Shown here piece after piece: positions 17,201-21,530 of a DNA stretch of 21,530 bases. Both the position numbers and the translations under genes were made by a program. The DNA comes from Candidatus Methylomirabilia bacterium (GTDB taxonomy: Bacteria; Methylomirabilota; Methylomirabilia; Rokubacteriales; CSP1-6): positions 1 through 21,530 of the forward strand of contig JBGPXN010000071.1 in the NCBI GenBank assembly GCA_041492755.1, in the 5' to 3' direction. The stretch's first letter is position 1, and every line of letters begins with the position of its first letter. The notes beneath the pieces are model-generated. The model was not told the origin of the DNA. It was given only the letters and a program-made list of their open reading frames with translations, and searched no databases.

Positions 17201-17708
17201 CTTCGGCCACGTCTTCGGCAGCGCGGTGCACCAGGCGATCGGGTTGCTGCTCCACGATCCGGCGCTCGGCGCGACCGAAGCCGCCCGGCTCGGCGCATCC
17301 CGCACGGGGCTGACCGAGCGGCTCGACGACGTGGCTGCCGACGTCGCGCGCGCGTGGCAGGCGTTGCAGGCCGAAGGTCTCGCGCGGCGGCCCGGCGCGG
17401 ATCTGCAGGTGGAGTATCCGGTCGCCGGGCCGCGGGAAGGCGGCGTGCTGCTGAGCGGCTACATCGACCTCGTCAGCGCTTCTGACGACCGTCTCGACGT
17501 GCTGGACTTCAAGACCGATCCCCCGCCCGCCGGCGCGGTCGAGACCGACTATCCCGCGTACGCCGCCCAGGTCCGCCTGTACGGAGAGCTGCTCAGCGCG
17601 GCGGGGATTGCGCGCGACCGCCAGCTCCGGTGCGGGCTGCTGTTCACGGCCGACGGGGTGATTCGCTGGGTCACAGTTAACACCGGTGATTGGCTGGGTA
17701 GCCGCTAA
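14211..17708 (+). CDS. addA: AddA-like UvrD/SF1A helicase with a C-terminal RecB-family nuclease
   Basis: Helicase motifs I AGAGTGKT, Ia AITFTRKAA, TIHSF, II VDEFQD, III VGDPKQSIYRFRRAD, IV ANFRS, V TVHQAKGLEF and VI YVAVTRARD. Nuclease motifs GSAVH, GYIDLV..LDFKTD and QVRLYG. The start is moved to GTG 14211, 1 nt after the addB stop. Confidence 0.88.
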   Translation: MPVTQRKPAPDQNERDAAVFERERNVLIDAGAGTGKTTILVNRLVEMVAPRTGAVAIPIKRLAAITFTRKAAGELRLKIREQLLAALAEPGLAAERDTRLRAALADLDTAYVSTIHSFADRLLRLRPIEAQLSPGYEIAEDDDELVRATWELLVHGVENNTLAAELAGTPAAAHADEAARTIALAIAAGLRAEEREGEWRTDYGLDSLVRGFVRHRDVPPDDVEPAALDTTEFRRAVEALVAVAKPVRGTSPGARWIRDTADFLARLRGEHDPAVLFQHVLRATQRKPRGRVTKRDTFDGDDLAWKAWQRITGKSKGDEPALLDTLRAPLDRWMATRLARLFPVVLALYEKVKARRQVLDQLDLLVKLRNLIRDHREVRGEFQQLFDHVFVDEFQDTDPLQAEIVLFLCEREPRAAKWDDVVLRNGALTLVGDPKQSIYRFRRADVAVYDRVRQVVARGPHLTVTLSANFRSVPALIQWVNDRFDTILGTSPDGQPFDPATGTVYHQRLIPGRGGEATRPVHVLSVEFPDARKRTVDAYRALEGEALARYLRWLVEASDVRIEDPLDGRRRRVQYGDVAILAVSTWRLSLLFPWLDAADIPYASRGGTLFLEDPLSRQFLLGLRALADRDDGVAEAALLRPPFFALDPTDLLLEREAWRADGADIPHEDAVRRVHEARELIRGLRRQRLDRPPGATARDLLDHTAFARAVALGPNGTQRLSRLRELCFVLEERAARESLDYDAVTARVRDWVASPPRLDPPHPVGAEAVQILTVHQAKGLEFPVVVLWDGQGQWEARLQDEPWRMERDGRGWTLAVDGVGWEEPAGLELRKTERAYLLAERRRVAYVAVTRARDLLVVPRSTKSGDATGSTKSGDARTGAARSAAARATAANAGGAKAGKIICADLLAGADASRMLELAPYRHGAGAPWVSEIPAPAARTPVDGTALEQEVDGWWHPAVADAARPRFKPVSVSAEAHAMAEEEDETERAARKLRAGRFGHVFGSAVHQAIGLLLHDPALGATEAARLGASRTGLTERLDDVAADVARAWQALQAEGLARRPGADLQVEYPVAGPREGGVLLSGYIDLVSASDDRLDVLDFKTDPPPAGAVETDYPAYAAQVRLYGELLSAAGIARDRQLRCGLLFTADGVIRWVTVNTGDWLGSR
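16789..16839 (+). repeat. 27-bp in-frame tandem duplication inside the addA-like gene
   Basis: gatcgacgaagtcgggcgacgcgacgg then gatcgacgaagtcgggtgacgcga (23/24 identical), encoding STKSGDATG STKSGDAR. Confidence 0.9.
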
Positions 17709-17824
17709 CGCCTCGGTCAGGCGCTGAGGCGGGCGTCGGCAGTCGCGATGGAGCTCCCGGCGCCGTTCACCAACGCCGCGCGGAATGGACGGCAGTCGCA
17801 GGCGGCGTCTCCCAGGTGCGGGCT

Positions 17825-18328
17825 TCAGCCTCTGCGAACGGCTGCGAGCGGTATTGCCAGCAACGCTACGAGTCCCACCAGCAGGGTCACGGCGTGTGCG
17901 ATGTGCACGAAAAGGTTCCAGGCCAGGAACCTGGCCGCCACCTCCGCGGACACCGGCGTGACGCTGCGGAGCACAACGGCTTCGACGGCGCCGAATCCCG
18001 AGCCGTAGTGGACCACGGGCCAGAGCACGGCGGCGATGGCGGCGACGCCGGCTCCCAGGCGGTGGCGCCGGGCGCCCAGCGCGACCGCAAGGAGCGCCAG
18101 GGCGGCGATAACTTGAAACCCGCAGATCGCATAGAACGCCGTGAGGCCTCCGCTGCCCGCGGAGCGCGCGAAGGCGGGATAGGTCGCGGCGAGCTGGCGC
18201 GGGTCATTGGCCAGCATCCAGTCGAGGAAGCGGCCGAGGATCAGCGCGTGGCCCAGCATGAACCCCGCTACGAGCGCGGTCGTCACGGAGGCGAGCAGCC
18301 AGCACGGCCAAAAGAGCCGCTGCGTCAT
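17825..18328 (-). CDS. Small integral membrane protein (about 4 TM), function unknown
   Basis: Four hydrophobic stretches, with a TAGAAT box 10 nt upstream of the ATG. Confidence 0.7.
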   Translation of the reverse strand: MTQRLFWPCWLLASVTTALVAGFMLGHALILGRFLDWMLANDPRQLAATYPAFARSAGSGGLTAFYAICGFQVIAALALLAVALGARRHRLGAGVAAIAAVLWPVVHYGSGFGAVEAVVLRSVTPVSAEVAARFLAWNLFVHIAHAVTLLVGLVALLAIPLAAVRRG

Positions 18329-18450
18329 CGTCGCGCGAATTCTACCAGACCGAGGCCTGGCCGAAGCTTCGCAGCTCGCTCGGCCTCCGCAGCGTACCGC
18401 TCACGGCGTCGTCGCCGGCGTGATCCGTCCCGCGTCCAGCGCCGGCAAGG

Positions 18451-19677
18451 TCAGCGGTCCGGTGTCGCGGTGAGCGAGCCCAGCCGTCGGCTCGCCAGGG
18501 CCAGCGCGCCAGTCCCGAGCGCGGTGACCGCCGCCGTGACGGGGAAGATCGTGAAGACGTCGCCCGACGTCACCAGCGTCCCGAGGGCCGCGCCGACCAT
18601 GAAGCCAACATTGACGGGAACGTACGCGAACGACATCACGCGCCCGCGGATGTCGAGCGGAGCGGAGCTGGACAGCACGGAGAAGGAGACGGCGAAGACG
18701 CCCGACGCCACGCCGGAGACGAGCGCCCAGGCGATCGCAAACGCGTAGAAGCTCGGGGCGAATCCCGGAAGCGGCCAGAGCAGCGTTTCCAGCACCGCGC
18801 CCACGATCAATACCCGCCAGCGACCGAGCCGATCGGCCAGGGCCCCCATGACCGGCGCGATGATCAGCGTGGCGAAGCCGCCGGCGCCGAGCACGAGTCC
18901 TATCGCGGTGGCCCGATCTTCCCCGGGGTGGAGCGCGGTGATCGCGATGGGCACAAAGGTGTTGGCGAGCATCCACCCGGTGAACAGCAGAAAGAGCGCG
19001 GGGAAGAGGGGAAGCATCGGCGATCGCCACACCACGCGCACGGAATCGACGGCCATGCGGAGCAGCGGCCGCGTGTCCGTCGGCACGAAAGAATCCCGGT
19101 AGCCGACGCTCAGCGCGACGATAACCGCCAACAGCAAGACGACGTCGACCAGCACCAATCCCGGGAAGCCCATGCCCTGGGCATCGACGACCGCGCCCCC
19201 CACGATCGGACCGATGAATGCGCCGATGGGGCCGCTGGCGTTCATGATCGAGAAGGCGAAGGCGAGACGCTCTCGCGGAACTCGCTCCGACAGGGTGGTC
19301 ATCATCAGCCCGCTGTTGCCGAACGAGAAGCCCATGACGGCGCGGCCGAGGGTGAAGATCCACACGTTCGGGGCCAGGAACGCGACGATCCCGGCGATCA
19401 GGTACGCCGCGAACGATCGCACGATGACGGGCTTGCGCGCATAGCGATCGGCCAGGGCGCCCCAGAGGGGCAAGAACGGCAGCCCGAGGGCCATCGAGAC
19501 GGCCGCGATGGAGCCGGTCCACCTGGCGATGTCGCCCGGCGGAACGCCCAGCTGCGTCAAGTAGAGCGGGGTGAAGCCGACGATCTGGCCCCAGAACATC
19601 GTCTCGATGAACGAGGCGACGGTGAACAGGGCGAGAAGCGGTTTCCACGGAGATGCCGCCTCGTGCGGGCCGGGCAT
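18451..19677 (-). CDS. MFS transporter
   Basis: 408 aa with about 12 TM segments and motif A twice (WGALADRYARK, GALADRLGRW). Confidence 0.92.
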   Translation of the reverse strand: MPGPHEAASPWKPLLALFTVASFIETMFWGQIVGFTPLYLTQLGVPPGDIARWTGSIAAVSMALGLPFLPLWGALADRYARKPVIVRSFAAYLIAGIVAFLAPNVWIFTLGRAVMGFSFGNSGLMMTTLSERVPRERLAFAFSIMNASGPIGAFIGPIVGGAVVDAQGMGFPGLVLVDVVLLLAVIVALSVGYRDSFVPTDTRPLLRMAVDSVRVVWRSPMLPLFPALFLLFTGWMLANTFVPIAITALHPGEDRATAIGLVLGAGGFATLIIAPVMGALADRLGRWRVLIVGAVLETLLWPLPGFAPSFYAFAIAWALVSGVASGVFAVSFSVLSSSAPLDIRGRVMSFAYVPVNVGFMVGAALGTLVTSGDVFTIFPVTAAVTALGTGALALASRRLGSLTATPDR

Positions 19678-19695
19678 GGACGCGGAGATGATCGA

Positions 19696-20088
19696 CTATC
19701 CGACCACTCCGACGCCCTGGATCTCGATCTCGATCCCCGGCCGCGCGAAGTTCGATACGGTGATGAGCGCGCTCGCCGGGAACTTCCCGCCCGGGAACAC
19801 GCCTTTGCGGATCTCCACGAAGCGGTCGCCGTAGCGCGGCTCCTTGATGAACACGGTCATGGTGACGAGATCGGCGAGCGTGCCGCCGGCGCGCCGCAGC
19901 GTCTGGTCCATGAGGGCGAACACCCGCTGCGTCTGCGCCTCGAAGTTGCCGGAGAGGTCCTTGCCGTCGGCATCGGCGGTGGCAACCTGTCCGGCCAGCC
20001 AGACGATCCGCCCGCCCTCGCTGATGACGGCGGGCGAGTACGCGCGCCCCTTCTGCTGCTCGCTCGGCTCCACGTAGGTCTTCGGCAT
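19696..20088 (-). CDS. Rid (YjgF/YER057c/UK114) family protein, 130 aa
   Basis: AYSPAV, WLAGQV, FEAQT, DLVTMTVFI, FPASAL and IEIEIQG. The start is reassigned to ATG 20088. Confidence 0.88.
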   Translation of the reverse strand: MPKTYVEPSEQQKGRAYSPAVISEGGRIVWLAGQVATADADGKDLSGNFEAQTQRVFALMDQTLRRAGGTLADLVTMTVFIKEPRYGDRFVEIRKGVFPGGKFPASALITVSNFARPGIEIEIQGVGVVG

Positions 20089-20204
20089 TCGGCCTGCTCC
20101 TTCCGTTGCTTGGTCGACGCAGTTGCCCTGAGGCGGCCGTGGCGCTACCCGTCTGATAATCTCCTCCGTTAATCCCGGGCTCTTGCTCGGCAACTGCCCG
20201 GTTT

Positions 20205-21221
20205 TTAGGGCTGTATACGACGTAGAGCCGGGAGCAGCTCGTCGCTGATCAACCGCATGCTCCCCAGCGCGTGGCCAACCGGCATCCCGCTCCAGTGCGT
20301 GCGCAGGACGAGGAAGTTGGCGCCCACCTCTTCCCAGCACGGGCGGAGCTGCTCGTAGCACTCCTCGGGGCTGCCCAGCACGAAGCGATCGCGCTGCAGG
20401 GCTTCGAGGGGCTGGCGGAACGACTCGTTGCCCGGCAGCACGGCGTCCTGTCCCCAGGCCGCGTACGTCTTGTACTTCTCGGAAAGATACGGCCCGGCCA
20501 TCGCGACCGCGGTGGGCGTGTCCTTCGCGCAGAAGATCTCCTTGATGAAGGGCAGGACGCGCGGGAACGGTTTGCCCACGCGCGCGAGCTCGGCGCGGTA
20601 GAGCAGCATCTGCCGCTTGATGGTGGCCGTCGTGGCGTGCGGGTTGATGAACCAGGTGTCGCCCACGCGCGCCGCGCGCTGGACCGCCACGTCGCTGTTG
20701 GCGGCGACCCAGATGGGTGGATGCGGCCGCTGGATCGGCCGGCACGTCAGCATGACGTTGGACAGCGTGCAGACGTCGTTGTCGACGCTCACCTTGTCCT
20801 CGGTCCAGAGGCGCTTCACCACGTCCAGGCACTGCTCGAAGCGGCGCACCCGCTGGCCCCGCGGGACCTTGAAGGCGTCGAACTCGACCTCGCGGTAGCC
20901 CAGGCCCACGCCGAAGACGAAGTTGCCGCGCCAGATGACGTCGAGCGAGGCCATGCACTCGGCCACTTCCACCGGGTTGTGCAGGCCGGCCAGCAGCACG
21001 CCGGCGATGCCCGTCATCTCGCCCGCCTCGGCGGCCAGGCGGGACAGGAACGGAATGAGCTGGAGCTGGCTCATCCCTTCGCTGAGGTAGTGCTGGCCGG
21101 TGGCGACGGCGTCCCAGCCGCGGTCGCGGGCCAGGCGCGTCATCGCGTACTGGCCTTCGAGGGCGGCGAGCATGTCGGTGCCCGGCGGGTTCTGGTTGGT
21201 GAGGAAGATGGCGACTTTCAT
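20205..21221 (-). CDS. LLM-class (luciferase-like) flavin-dependent oxidoreductase
   Basis: 338 aa with GQHY, NPVEVAECMASLDV, GVGLGYREVEF, PIQRPHPPIWVAA and VLGSPEEC. Confidence 0.92.
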   Translation of the reverse strand: MKVAIFLTNQNPPGTDMLAALEGQYAMTRLARDRGWDAVATGQHYLSEGMSQLQLIPFLSRLAAEAGEMTGIAGVLLAGLHNPVEVAECMASLDVIWRGNFVFGVGLGYREVEFDAFKVPRGQRVRRFEQCLDVVKRLWTEDKVSVDNDVCTLSNVMLTCRPIQRPHPPIWVAANSDVAVQRAARVGDTWFINPHATTATIKRQMLLYRAELARVGKPFPRVLPFIKEIFCAKDTPTAVAMAGPYLSEKYKTYAAWGQDAVLPGNESFRQPLEALQRDRFVLGSPEECYEQLRPCWEEVGANFLVLRTHWSGMPVGHALGSMRLISDELLPALRRIQP

Positions 21222-21251
21222 GGGCGTGATCTTATGATATGCGCGCCAGCC

Positions 21252-21530
21252 ATGTCAGCCACAGTGCGCGCCGCCGTCCTCGTCAAGCCTCGCACGCTCG
21301 AAGCGCGCGAATTCCCTCGCCCGGTCATCGGCCCCGACGACGCGCTCCTGCGGATCGAAGCCTGCGGGATCTGCGGCAGCAATTACGAGCAAGTTCGATA
21401 AGATGCATACGTACTCGTTCCCGCTCGAGCAGGCCGAGGACGCCGTGCGGACGCTGGCGGGCGCGTTTCCCGGGATGAACCCGGTTCACCTGGCGATCGT
21501 GCCCGGCGCGCCGCGCGTGGCGCTGCCTCG
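21252..21530 (+). pseudogene. Zn-dependent alcohol dehydrogenase (MDR) pseudogene with a large internal deletion
   Basis: The N-terminus RAAVLVKPRTLEAREFPRP...LLRIEACGICGSN stops at 21401. From about 21391, in another frame, KFDKMHTYSFPLEQAEDAVRTLAG...VHLAIVP resembles the MDR C-terminus. The GHE and Rossmann segments are absent. Confidence 0.8.

Noticed and set aside
1..17820. Island as a defined prophage, ICE or transposon
   Set aside because: No integrase, transposase, tRNA, att pair or phage genes are seen, and the left boundary lies outside the window.
20089..20958. 420-aa ORF fusing an upstream region to the Rid protein
   Set aside because: The upstream part is an alternative frame of the LLM gene. 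Only 19696-20088 is Rid-like.

Overview
High-GC bacterial window with three zones. (1) 1-3250 is a mosaic of toxin-antitoxin (TA) modules and gene debris: a 5'-truncated HATPase/wHTH gene, a 125-bp stray piece of an addB-like gene, a zeta-toxin-like P-loop kinase with a small partner, a decayed TA pair, an in-frame BrnT-BrnA fusion and a retropepsin-like protease. (2) 3293-17708 holds a complete Wadjet anti-plasmid operon (jetABCD). It is followed, after an inverted DUF4160/HTH TA pair, by a co-oriented AddB-like Fe-S nuclease and an AddA/UvrD-like helicase-nuclease. (3) 17825-end has ordinary metabolic genes (membrane protein, MFS transporter, Rid-family protein, luciferase-like monooxygenase) and a Zn-dehydrogenase pseudogene with a large internal deletion. 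The main points of interest are the Wadjet plus AddAB-like coupling and a conserved 30-bp direct repeat found at three module junctions (1839, 2690, 10812). No integrase, transposase, tRNA, rRNA or CRISPR array was recognised. All family calls come from motif recognition by eye, not database searches.
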